Notes: generated from the letters alone by a model not told the origin. DNA of 34,885 nucleotides from Gammaproteobacteria bacterium (GCA_965222155.1 CBDCTH010000009.1:1-34885), one strand, 5' to 3'. Positions 9,948 to 19,173 are shown, counted from the first letter of the stretch. Translations and numbers: made by a program.

Positions 9948-10540
9948 TTACTTTTTTTTACTTATGGCCGCGTCATAATTCTTTGGCCGTTGCACAGCCG
10001 GCAACCATCTATATAACGTTGGTATAGATACTCCCAAGTTCTTTGCCACTTCCCGAGGAGGCGTGCCGTCTCGCAACAACCGTTTTGCGGCGCTAATTTT
10101 GGAATCTGTCAGTCTTCGTTTGCGACCCCCAGTACGTCCTTGTTTGCGTGCTGCATCCAAACCGGCCCGGGGGTGCGTTCCACTATCAAATCCCGCTCCA
10201 TCTGCGCCAGGCTGGCCATGACATGGAAAAAAAACCGACCGGCCGTCGTAGAGGTATCGATCTGATCGGTCAGGGATTTGAAATGCACGCCGCGCTGCTC
10301 CAGGTCACAGACGATGTTCACCAAATCTTTTACGCTACGTCCCAGCCGGTCGAGTTTCCACACGACCATGGTGTCGTTTTCCCGCAGTATTTCCAGCGCG
10401 AGCTTCAGACCTTTTCGTGATGCCTTGGCGCCGCTGGCCTTGTCTTCATAAATTTTGTCGCACTGAGCCTGGAGGCGCGCTTCATACTGCAGGCGCAGAT
10501 ACTGAACCTGGGTGGATACCCGGGCATAGCCGATTTACAT
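9948..10540 (-). pseudogene. Serine recombinase (resolvase/invertase, Hin/Pin-like), disrupted
   Basis: The minus strand from 10540 reads ATG TAA ATC GGC TAT GCC CGG GTA TCC ACC (M*IGYARVST), then VWKLDRLGRS and AQMERDLIVERT. A frameshift near 10165 leads into GRTGGRKR and the HTH VAKNLGVSIPTLYRWL. Confidence 0.9.
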
Positions 10541-10561
10541 TATTTACCCAAATTCTGAAAG

Positions 10562-10694
10562 TTATCGAAACTCGCCGCGGAGTAACAAATCGAGAAAAAG
10601 CAATCAAGAATGAGTTTCGAGAATGAAAAATGCCTTGTTTTCGGGGTTTTTGGCACCTTGCGGAATCCTTCTCAAAAACGGTCGTTAATGAGAA
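10562..10694. promoter_or_regulatory. Putative res region: crossover site at 10669..10694 plus probable accessory binding sites toward the recombinase gene
   Basis: TTCTCAAAAACGGTCGTTAATGAGAA is a 26-bp imperfect palindrome resembling hix-type crossover sites. Half-sites TTATCGAAAC and GTTTCGAGAA/ATCGAGAA lie at 10562..10623. Confidence 0.65.
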
Positions 10695-10814
10695 ATACTC
10701 CTTTGATAAATTATCCACGTCGACTTTGCCCCTTGATAGCATTAAGATAATAAGTCCGTTAACAAGACGGGCTAATCCTAATTCACACAGGATCTATGCC
10801 CTCGGGGGATTGCG

Positions 10815-11224
10815 ATGCGCCCATCTAACGTTCACTGGAAAATCGCACTGGTACTTATCCTGCTCATAGGCGCCGGCGCCTGGTGGGGCTGGCAGGCGTA
10901 TCCGGAGTTGTTTGGGCAGGGCGCGCAGCTTGGAGAGCAAGATTCACAGGGAGTGACACCGGTGGATACACTGGAACAAAGTTTCGAAGCGACCAGACAG
11001 GCGATTGCAGAACGCGACGCTGAACTGGAGCGAAAGATTATAGCGGAGTCCACCAAGGTACACTGGCCGGCATTTGATGCGGCATTGGATGCGGGAGACT
11101 TGAGTGAGGCAGCCGACATCCTGGCCCAGGTACGCTACCTGTACCCGAAGCACTGGGTTTAGCGCAAAGAGAGCAACGTTTGGATGAGGCACGGCAATCA
11201 GCAGAGTCGAAAGCGAGGCAATAA
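10815..11224 (+). CDS. Hypothetical single-pass membrane protein, helical; probable 1-bp deletion near 11146
   Basis: ORF 10815..11162 has an N-terminal TM (IALVLILLIGAGAWWGW). A shifted frame continues naturally as (P)EALGLAQREQRLDEARQSAESKARQ* to TAA at 11222..11224. Confidence 0.6.
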
Positions 11225-11294
11225 GCCGGCGAAATGGTGGTGATACCCGGCGGCGCATTGGATCGCTTTTAATTTTTCACTATCGTGAAACTAA

Positions 11295-11320
11295 TTTTCA
11301 CAAACGGTCGTTTATGAAAA
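11295..11320. promoter_or_regulatory. Second hix-like 26-bp crossover site, direct repeat of 10669..10694
   Basis: TTTTCACAAACGGTCGTTTATGAAAA, 22/26 identical to the first site, with the same core AAACGGTCGTT. Confidence 0.65.
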
Positions 11321-11482
11321 TAGAGTCTTCTTGAAATTCGTCAGATATACCAATATAACGGTCTGCTATACCAAAATCATAAACCCATTTGTTTTATGAT
11401 CTAATAACAAACCATAAGACAAACATATATGGTGAGTGATTGAACTTCCATAAAATTTTCTTGACTACATTGTGGTTACATA

Positions 11483-13603
11483 ATGAACATGGATACTGAA
11501 AATAAACAAAGAGTGCGTACAATTTGCCGCTCATGCGGTCATGGTGGTTGTGGCGTGTATGTCGTGGTGGAAGACGGTAAGGTTGTGAAGATCCAACCGG
11601 ACAAGGATCATCCTGTCAGTAAGGGTTATACCTGCAAGAAGGCCTATGGGTCTATTGAATTACAATACCATCCCGACCGTTTATTACACCCGATACGGCG
11701 GACAGGCGCCCGTGGAGAAGGAAAGTGGGAACGGATCTCCTGGGAAGAGGCCCTGACCGAAATAGCCGGGAAGCTGAATCAATTTAAACAGGAGTCAGGT
11801 GCAGAGTCTGTTGTGTTCGGCCATGGCACGGGCCGCGATTTTCACCGTTTCGTCTATCGGGTGGCCAATCTCTACGGTTCGCCTAATGTTCTCACACCGG
11901 GGCATATGTGTTATTTGCCGCGGGTGGCGATATCAAAATTGATGGGGATGGATATATCCCTGTGCGACTATGACAGCTACCCGGCCTGTGTGGTGGCCTG
12001 GGGCAGTAATCATCTCATCTCCAACCCGGATGAAAACAAGGGCATTAACCTGGCCAAGACTTTAACTAATGGCGCCAAGTTTATCGTGATCGATCCGCGC
12101 CGGACAAAACTGGCTGAGAAGGCTGATCTCTTTCTACAGCTCCGCCCCGCCACTGATTCGGCCCTGGCACTGGCCATGATGCATGTAATAGTGAAGGAAG
12201 ATCTTTATGATCACGACTTCGTAGAGAATTACACTACCGGTTTTGAAAAGTTTGTCGAGCGGCTTGAAGAGTTTACGCCGGAACGTGCTGCAAGAATCAC
12301 CTGGGTGCCCAGGGAAAAGATTATCGAGGCGGCACGGCTGTATGCCACCACCAGGCCTGCGGCTATGCAGTGGGGAGTCGGTATAGAACAGAACATCAAT
12401 TGTGTCGATGCCGACCGGGCATTGATCTACCTGGTTGCGCTGACCGGTAATCTGGATGTGCCGGGCGGTAATGTAATTTTTGGTCTGCCGCCGGGTCTGC
12501 CGCGGGCGAAATTCTCCTTGTTTGATCAGTTACCGCCGGAGCAGCATGCCAAAATGCTGGGAGCAGACAAGTATAAACTCGGGGCAACCATTAACCGTAT
12601 CACACCCCATGTAGTCTGGGATGCCATCGAAAAGGCAGATCCCTATCAAGTCAGGGCAATGGTGATATTCGCCAGTAATACTCTGACTGCGCGCGAGAAC
12701 TCCAGACGTGTTTATAATCTCCTGAAACACAAGCTGGAATATTTCGTGGCCGCAGACATTTTTCCTACGCTGACTACGGAGCTGGCGGATATTGTGTTGC
12801 CGGCAGCCACGTGGCTGGAAAATGACAATATTGCCGATTACTGGAAGGTGCATGGTTACGTCTTTCCACGCAACAAGGCGGTGGAACCGGAGGGTGAAGC
12901 CCGGCCGGATCATTTAATACTCAATGAACTGGGTATGAAACTGGGCTTTACAGACCATTTCTGGGATAGCTATGAAGAGTCTCTGGACTACATCCTTGAA
13001 CCTGCCGGATTGACGTGGGATGAATTCAAGGAAATGCCGTATATTCAAACTGAAGTGAAATACCGGAAGTATGAAAAAGAAGGGTTCAACTCGGAATCCG
13101 GGAAACTGGATTTTTATCTGCATAAATATGAAGAGTGGGGCTATGACCCCTTGCCTGGTTTTGTAGAACCACCGGAAAGCCCGGAACGAGAGCCCGAGTT
13201 CCTGGAAAAATATCCACTGGTGTTGATCACCGGCCAACGGATATTCAACTTTTTTGGTTCCGAACATCGTCAGGGAGATTATTTACGCCGTACGCACCCC
13301 GATCCCCTGGTCGAAATCCATCCGGACACGGCAGCGGAACGCGGTATCAATGACGGCGACTGGGTCCATATTAAATCGCCGCGCGGTAAAGTTAACTTCC
13401 GGGCCAGGTTATTTGACGGTATCGATCCGAGAGTCGTCAGTGCCGAGTGGGGCTGGTGGTTCCCGGAAAAAGACCGCACCGATATTGAAGTCCAGTTAGA
13501 GTCCAATATCAATATGCTCACCGAGGATTCAGGTGGATTAGATCCGGGTATGGGCGCCACGAACCTGAAAGGCCTGATGTGCCAGATTGAAAAAGCGGCG
13601 TAG
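11483..13603 (+). CDS. Molybdopterin (Mo/W-bis-PGD) oxidoreductase, acetylene-hydratase-like clade
   Basis: N-terminal Fe4S4 motif CRSCGHGGC...C, WERISWEEAL, GSPNVLTPGHMC (Cys metal ligand), LADIVLPAATWLE, GYDPLP..EPPESP, and a C-terminal molydopterin-binding domain VEIHPDTAAERGINDGDWV...GWWFPE. No Tat signal. Confidence 0.92.
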   Translation: MNMDTENKQRVRTICRSCGHGGCGVYVVVEDGKVVKIQPDKDHPVSKGYTCKKAYGSIELQYHPDRLLHPIRRTGARGEGKWERISWEEALTEIAGKLNQFKQESGAESVVFGHGTGRDFHRFVYRVANLYGSPNVLTPGHMCYLPRVAISKLMGMDISLCDYDSYPACVVAWGSNHLISNPDENKGINLAKTLTNGAKFIVIDPRRTKLAEKADLFLQLRPATDSALALAMMHVIVKEDLYDHDFVENYTTGFEKFVERLEEFTPERAARITWVPREKIIEAARLYATTRPAAMQWGVGIEQNINCVDADRALIYLVALTGNLDVPGGNVIFGLPPGLPRAKFSLFDQLPPEQHAKMLGADKYKLGATINRITPHVVWDAIEKADPYQVRAMVIFASNTLTARENSRRVYNLLKHKLEYFVAADIFPTLTTELADIVLPAATWLENDNIADYWKVHGYVFPRNKAVEPEGEARPDHLILNELGMKLGFTDHFWDSYEESLDYILEPAGLTWDEFKEMPYIQTEVKYRKYEKEGFNSESGKLDFYLHKYEEWGYDPLPGFVEPPESPEREPEFLEKYPLVLITGQRIFNFFGSEHRQGDYLRRTHPDPLVEIHPDTAAERGINDGDWVHIKSPRGKVNFRARLFDGIDPRVVSAEWGWWFPEKDRTDIEVQLESNINMLTEDSGGLDPGMGATNLKGLMCQIEKAA

Positions 13604-13738
13604 GAGAACAGAACAAGGGACCAATCGTGTCCGGGCCCCTGGCTACCGGGATCGAAGGCAACTGTTTGAATCCGCCAGATGGTCAGCAACTGACTGAATA
13701 ATCGTTGTATCAATAGCAACTTTACCGGAGTTGGACTT

Positions 13739-14155
13739 ATGATTACTCGACGCAATCTTCTCTCGACCGCCGGCGCTAGCGGCGCCCTGGCCATGGCAGG
13801 CCAGGTAGCACCCGCGCTGACAACAGAAAAACCGGCAGGCTTATCCACTGCCAGTTACAGCGGGGTGAATGCGGAGTTTATAAAGCGGCGGCAAAAGGCG
13901 TTACTGAAAGATCAGAACCTGTTTATGGACTATCCGGATAATCAAAATATGATGCCGGAGGGTTACTACAAATGGCGTGATACGATGTTTGAACTGGACT
14001 TCGGCAGGCGCACAAGCAACACCGTTGGAGATCCTTATTATGGTCGCAATCCGGGTGTCCGTGGCCATTATCTGGAATGTGACATTATCGACAGGTTCGG
14101 CTGTAAAATTTCCAGCCGCTGTGCTTTGAAATATCGTATAATCTGCCGGAATTGA
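13739..14155 (+). CDS. Hypothetical Tat-exported protein, possibly 3'-truncated
   Basis: MITRRNLLSTAGASGALAMAG twin-arginine signal with an upstream GGAG. The last ~20 codons look non-native. Confidence 0.55.
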   Translation: MITRRNLLSTAGASGALAMAGQVAPALTTEKPAGLSTASYSGVNAEFIKRRQKALLKDQNLFMDYPDNQNMMPEGYYKWRDTMFELDFGRRTSNTVGDPYYGRNPGVRGHYLECDIIDRFGCKISSRCALKYRIICRN

Positions 14156-14225
14156 CACGGGTGTGCCTGCGCGCGCCCGGTCACTGTTTAAACCAATGTG
14201 TCGCTTAAGGCGACGAAGTAATTTA

Positions 14226-14253
14226 CTGGATTCCGGCTTGCGCCGGAATGACG
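14226..14253. repeat. Short REP-like palindrome
   Basis: CTGGATTCCGGCTTGCGCCGGAATGACG (stem ATTCCGGC/GCCGGAAT), just upstream of ppiD. Confidence 0.6.
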
Positions 14254-14266
14254 ATAGAGAGATTGA

Positions 14267-16171
14267 ATGTTACAAACGATCAGGGACCAGGTGAAAGGCT
14301 GGTTGGCCGTAGTCATCTTCACCATCATGATCATTCCTTTTGCGTTCTGGGGTATCAACTATTATTTTGACCAGGCGGGTGGGGTGATTGCCATTGAAGT
14401 CAATGGGGAAGAAATAACCCTTGCGGACTATCAGCGCGCCTACCAGGATATGCGCCAGCAGTGGCAGTCCATATCCGGCGCTCCGGTCGCAGAGGAAGCG
14501 GAATCGCTGATAAAAAAACGGGTAACGGAAGACCTGATACAAATCGAGTTGCTGAAGCAGGCAGGGAACGAAGCCGGTTTATACGTGGGCGAACAGGAAG
14601 TATGGCAGACAATCCGGCAGGTACCCGGATTCAACGACGATAGCGGGTTTAACATGTCGCTGTTTGAAATTGCGGCAAACCGAAGTGGATTGACCCCTGC
14701 GGGCTTCCTGGCAAGGATACAGCAGGATATGGCTGTCGAACAAATGCGTAGTGCGCTTTTTACAACGGATTTTGTGACGCAACCTGAGGTTTCCAGCTAT
14801 TCCAGCAATGTGCATCAAACTCGTGATTTCTCGTATGCCGTGTTGTCCTCCGATGAGCAGAAAGAATCCATAGAGGTGACTGACGAGCAGCTTCAGTCAT
14901 ATTATGAAGATAATGGCCGGTACATTGAACCGGAAAAAGTCAGAATTGCCTACCTGGTCCTGTCCCTGGCCAGGGTTGCCGAAGAGGTCTACCTGGAAAA
15001 GGGAGAGCTTGAAGCCTACTTCGATGAAAACAAACATAATTACGAGGTAGAGGAAACCCGCGGGGTAAAACAAATCCTGATCAAACTGCCTGAGGAACCC
15101 GCCGAAGTGCTCGTTGACCAGATGAGAGCGAAGGCAGATGAATTGCACGCGCTGGTCAAGGAAGGTAAGGAACTGCAGGACGTCTCGGTAAATTACGCAG
15201 GAGAGCATGAGGGATCTATTGAGTTCAGCGAATTCGGATTCCTTTCAAAAGGCGTATTAGAGGCAGAAGTCGATGAAGTTGTCTTTTCCATGGTGGCCGG
15301 AGAGATTAGTGAACCGGTGCAGTCCCGTTATGGTTTCCATATCATGGAAGTAGATGAAATCAAGGGAGTCAGTGAGGCCACCCTGGAAGGGATGCGCGCA
15401 GAAGTGGAACAGGACCTGAGGGAAGAGAAGGCAGCTAAGCAATTGTATGAACTGACGGACCGGCTGGCGGCGCTGACTTATGAAAATCCCGATACGTTGG
15501 ATGTGGCGGCTGAAGAATTAGGGCTGCAGTTGCAAAAGAGTGATTTTATCAGCAGGGAAGACCCTGGTGTTGGTATTGTTGCAGAGCCGAGTGTAACTTC
15601 AGCGGCGTTCAGCGATGAGGTGCTGCTGGAAGAAAATAACAGCGATCTCCTCGAGTTGGAGAACGACCGTTACATGGTATTACGTGTGTTGGAACATCGG
15701 TCTTCCATGAAAAAACCTTTTGAGGACGTACGGGATGAAATTGTCACGAGGGTAAAATATGAACAGGCAAGGGACCGGATTAAGGAACAGGGCGAGACAA
15801 TCCTGGAGCAATTGAAACAGGGAAAGTCAAAAGAGGAGTTGGCCCTGGAATACTCTCTTGATTGGAAAACTGCCACGGGTGTTATCCAGGATGATGAAAA
15901 CACCAATCGATCCGTGTTACGCACCGCGTTCGGAGCAGGTATACCGGAGGCTGATAAGCCTCTCTACGAAGGTGCTTCTCTGGGAACAGGGGATTACATA
16001 GTCGTGATCGTCTATTCCGTCAGCAAGGCAGACCCGGACACGATTGAAAAGGAAGAACTGGATGCCATAGGCGGTCAATTACTGCAAGCTCACACTACAT
16101 CGACCTGGGCGGAATTCAACAATATCCTGCGAGCAAATGCCGATATCACAGTTTACGAGGAATCTCTGTAG
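14267..16171 (+). CDS. ppiD: Periplasmic chaperone / peptidyl-prolyl isomerase PpiD
   Basis: 634 aa with N-terminal anchor MLQTIRD...IIPFAFWGI, a SurA-N-like region, and rotamase motif GEISEPVQSRYGFHIMEV. Its proximity to fabI is typical. Confidence 0.9.
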   Translation: MLQTIRDQVKGWLAVVIFTIMIIPFAFWGINYYFDQAGGVIAIEVNGEEITLADYQRAYQDMRQQWQSISGAPVAEEAESLIKKRVTEDLIQIELLKQAGNEAGLYVGEQEVWQTIRQVPGFNDDSGFNMSLFEIAANRSGLTPAGFLARIQQDMAVEQMRSALFTTDFVTQPEVSSYSSNVHQTRDFSYAVLSSDEQKESIEVTDEQLQSYYEDNGRYIEPEKVRIAYLVLSLARVAEEVYLEKGELEAYFDENKHNYEVEETRGVKQILIKLPEEPAEVLVDQMRAKADELHALVKEGKELQDVSVNYAGEHEGSIEFSEFGFLSKGVLEAEVDEVVFSMVAGEISEPVQSRYGFHIMEVDEIKGVSEATLEGMRAEVEQDLREEKAAKQLYELTDRLAALTYENPDTLDVAAEELGLQLQKSDFISREDPGVGIVAEPSVTSAAFSDEVLLEENNSDLLELENDRYMVLRVLEHRSSMKKPFEDVRDEIVTRVKYEQARDRIKEQGETILEQLKQGKSKEELALEYSLDWKTATGVIQDDENTNRSVLRTAFGAGIPEADKPLYEGASLGTGDYIVVIVYSVSKADPDTIEKEELDAIGGQLLQAHTTSTWAEFNNILRANADITVYEESL

Positions 16172-16584
16172 CCGGAAAAAATACCGGGGTGTGCCGGAAC
16201 GAGACAGTCGTTTTACTGGTTATAACGGCTAGGCTAGCCAGGGATTTTATCCCCAAATTATGTTGTATTATTTTCAAGGTCCGTCTCAGGTGGTCAATCC
16301 GCTTGAACAACAAAATGGCCTGATTCAGCACGGATATATTACGAGTAAACAGCCGGCACTTAGCAGGCAGGTTTTGTCGTAATATATTTGCGTTTTTACA
16401 GTGTTGGAGACCCTCCCATTGATAAATAAGATTGCCTGTTTCGTGGTCATAGAACTCCATAAACAAGTATCACCGGGGAGCGTGTCCAACTCGGTCCCGG
16501 GGGGATTAGCTCGTGCGTCCACATATTCGGAATGCTAACGCAAAGATAGTACCGATGGCATGTTGCGTCAAGTTTTTTCATGCC

Positions 16585-16678
16585 GCCCACCGCGCTGGCT
16601 TGCTTGGTCAGTTGCCTTTTCCAGGCACTCACCTGGGTGGAATGCAGACCATATCGGGTCGCCTGTTGCGCATCAGTA
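16585..16678 (-). pseudogene. IS3-family transposase OrfA (HTH) remnant
   Basis: Translation QQATRYGLHSTQVSAWKRQLTKQASAV resembles the IS3 OrfA HTH. Confidence 0.55.
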
Positions 16679-16681
16679 CAT

Positions 16682-16772
16682 GGGGTCAGGTCGCACATTG
16701 TACACGCAAAGAAATGAGTGTGAAGTAGTAGTAGTGATAAATCTCAGTGTGTACAATGTGCGACCTGACCCC
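16682..16772. repeat. REPIN-like element: 24-bp perfect inverted repeats with 43-bp spacer
   Basis: GGGGTCAGGTCGCACATTGTACAC (16682..16705) and its exact reverse complement (16749..16772). Confidence 0.85.
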
Positions 16773-16781
16773 GATCGTGCT

Positions 16782-16872
16782 TTATCTGATTGTGTACCGA
16801 ATTCGCGAAGATCGCGTTGAAATCCTGCACATTTACTATGGTGAGCGGAACTGGCAAACCATTTCTGAGTAG
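16782..16872 (+). pseudogene. C-terminal remnant of RelE/ParE family toxin
   Basis: Reads YLIVYRIREDRVEILHIYYGERNWQTISE*, a typical ParE/RelE C-terminus. The 5' part is missing next to the inverted repeat. Confidence 0.65.
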
Positions 16873-17011
16873 ACGGAGTAAAAATAAAGCTGTCTCTCGT
16901 TATGTCTTCTCTTACCAAGGCAGCGACCCGCGCAGCATCAGGCCGTGCTCCGGCGCCGTGTTGAGAGACTCGCTACGTTCGTCGTCCAAAAAAAACGTGG
17001 TCTGTCCCCCA

Positions 17012-17211
17012 AGGACCTCGATGAAACCACGGGTAATGGACATTCCGTCTACCTTTGGGAATCCCAGGCGCAGGCGGAAGAATTTTTTTCTCCGGCATTT
17101 ACTCAGCACTTCCGAGAAGTCTTTGGCATGGAACCAACGGTTACCCACCTTGATATCCTGGTACTGGTGGATAACCGGGCCGGTGGCGATGTAGTAGCAA
17201 ATCAGGCATGA
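17012..17211 (+). pseudogene. C-terminal fragment of YdhR-like (dimeric alpha/beta barrel) protein
   Basis: DETTGNGHSVYLWESQAQAEEFFS...FGMEPTVTHLDILVLVDN. The 5' end is replaced by REP-like AAAACGTGGTCTGTCCCC. Confidence 0.5.
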
Positions 17212-17331
17212 GTTGGACACGTTATTGCGTGAATTGCTGTTTAATTCATGTAATTAACGCGATAGAACTTGATATGCTCTGGTTATTCTATTAGTCTTTG
17301 CAACATCAAGACAGCATAGGAGCAAGTCATC

Positions 17332-18024
17332 ATGGAAAACGAACTGCATCGAGAACCCTCTACCCCCGAGGAAATCTGGAATATCCTGCGAGCCGTATCA
17401 GAGGAGCAAAAAAAAGCATCCCGCGAGACGGAGGAGATCAAAAAGCAGATAAAAGCAACAGACAAGCAGTTGGAAGAAGCCTGCAAGGTAATAAAGGAGG
17501 CTGGTGAACGGATAAAGGAAACAGACCGGCAGATGAAGGAAACAGACCGGCGGATGGACAAGCGGATGAAGGATACTGACCGACGGCTGAAAAAGCTGGA
17601 TGAGTTGTTTACCAGTCAGTGGGGCAAGCTGGTGGAGAGTCTGGTGGAGGGTGACCTGATTCCCTTGTTGCAGCAACAAGGGATAAAAGTGCTGACGACA
17701 CATCCCACAGTGAAGGGCCGACGTCATGGCGAGCATTATGAGTATGACATTCTGGCGGCGAACGGTGAGGAAGTGGTGGTCGTGGAAGTCAAGACCACGT
17801 TACGGGCCGGGGACGTGACACATTTTCTGGAGAAGCTGGATAAATTCACGGGTTGGGTGCCGGAATTCAAAGGGCGAAAGGTCTTAGGCGCAGTGGCATA
17901 CCTGAAGTTGGATCATTCTGTGGAGGTGTATGCAGAGCGACAGGGATTGTACATCATTCGGGCTACCGGCAGCAGCGCCAGCATCACCAACCAGGCAGAT
18001 TTTCAGCCCAGGGTGTTTTACTGA
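17332..18024 (+). CDS. Coiled-coil repeat protein with C-terminal PD-(D/E)XK nuclease-like domain (DUF3782-like)
   Basis: Heptad repeats KETDRQM/KETDRRM/KDTDRRL, then WGKLVESLV and EYDILAANGEEVVVVEVKTTL. RBS AGGAG. Confidence 0.8.
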   Translation: MENELHREPSTPEEIWNILRAVSEEQKKASRETEEIKKQIKATDKQLEEACKVIKEAGERIKETDRQMKETDRRMDKRMKDTDRRLKKLDELFTSQWGKLVESLVEGDLIPLLQQQGIKVLTTHPTVKGRRHGEHYEYDILAANGEEVVVVEVKTTLRAGDVTHFLEKLDKFTGWVPEFKGRKVLGAVAYLKLDHSVEVYAERQGLYIIRATGSSASITNQADFQPRVFY

Positions 18025-18221
18025 TCGGCTAATTATACGGGTGTATGTGAAGTTTGGGGGGAGGTCACGGTCTGGCAGTTGGTTGTTGGAGTGGAAAATG
18101 TGCCACGTATCCAGGTTTTTAACCCAAATGTTCACCTGCTATCAACTCTCCCAATTTTTTCCTCATGGATTCCCCTGTCAGTAGCAACCGGTGGGCGTGA
18201 GTATCTCCAGGCTGCAATGTT

Positions 18222-18866
18222 TTAACTGAATTGTCCTGTCTCAGTATCTCTTGCGTGTTTGCTGAACCATGATCTCGGTGCAATAGGTCGAAATATGTTA
18301 AGTCGGTGATGAACCGGGCATTGGCCCAGTCTCAGTCCACAGCCGCACGGGCACATTTTCTTATTCGCTATCCTTTTTTTCGTCCCTAGGAGTTCAAGTG
18401 CGTAAACGATCTGGGCTGCTTTGCTCAAATCAAACATTTCCATATAGTCATGAATAATACCAGCTCTTCCATGAGCCAATTCTCCAGTTACGAATTCCCC
18501 GCCATTGCGAAGCTTAATGGAAACGTTGAACAAATATGGAACAAGGAATTCCTCAGTAAATGAAACAAGATTGGGAGCATCAAACAAAGCCTTTTTAATG
18601 CGCAAATATGAACCGAGACATAAAGTACCATCTTGATTAACGTGGTAGTCACCGGTTTTTGGTATCTTGCCCGCTGTCTCTCTTATCTCGGGAATTGTTC
18701 TTGGGAATCTGCTATTAATCAACATGTTAAGCTCAAATGTATCCTCGGTCGCTATATCAGATCCGTTAGCTTTGAAATGAAATTGTCCCCATATTATTGT
18801 CTGATTACTCCTCGTAGGCTGCAGCGACATACCTGGATAGTCAGCCAGAAATTCAGTCAGCCCATC
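18222..18866 (-). CDS. Prokaryotic E2 (ubiquitin-conjugating-like) protein with C-terminal SEC-C-like Cys motif; 5' end cut by IS630
   Basis: FPRTIPEIRE...YHVNQDGTLCLG (E2 active-site pattern) and CPCGCGLRLGQCPVH. The frame stays open upstream of ATG 18830 (DGLTEFLADYPG) up to the IS end. Confidence 0.65.
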   Translation of the reverse strand, partial: DGLTEFLADYPGMSLQPTRSNQTIIWGQFHFKANGSDIATEDTFELNMLINSRFPRTIPEIRETAGKIPKTGDYHVNQDGTLCLGSYLRIKKALFDAPNLVSFTEEFLVPYLFNVSIKLRNGGEFVTGELAHGRAGIIHDYMEMFDLSKAAQIVYALELLGTKKRIANKKMCPCGCGLRLGQCPVHHRLNIFRPIAPRSWFSKHARDTETGQFS

Positions 18867-18909
18867 TAGTACTGTTTCAATTTAATTCTGATCGATTGAC
18901 GAGTCAAAT

Positions 18910-19173
18910 TCAGTCAAGTTGTGGCAGTTGATGGACAGGCAGTACCAATGAGAGGCTACGTGCGACACCAAGCTGTTTTCGAATGAGTCCCTTGTCCTCC
19001 AATTGGGTCAACATGCGGTGGACTGAGGGAGGCGAGACCTGGAAATAGCGTTGCAAATCGGCCTGTGCCGGGGCGCTGCCGTTGACTTTGGTGTAGTAAT
19101 AGATGAAGGCGAGGTACTGGCCTTGCTTATAGGTATAGCCGGGGGCATATTTTTTCGCGTCAGGGATCGACAT
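18910..19173 (-). CDS. Small LexA-DNA-binding-domain-like winged-helix protein (no peptidase domain)
   Basis: 87 aa: YTYKQGQYLAFIYYYTKVNGSAPAQADLQRYFQVSPPSVHRMLTQLEDKGLIRKQLGVARSLSL, the LexA N-domain pattern. Confidence 0.8.
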   Translation of the reverse strand: MSIPDAKKYAPGYTYKQGQYLAFIYYYTKVNGSAPAQADLQRYFQVSPPSVHRMLTQLEDKGLIRKQLGVARSLSLVLPVHQLPQLD

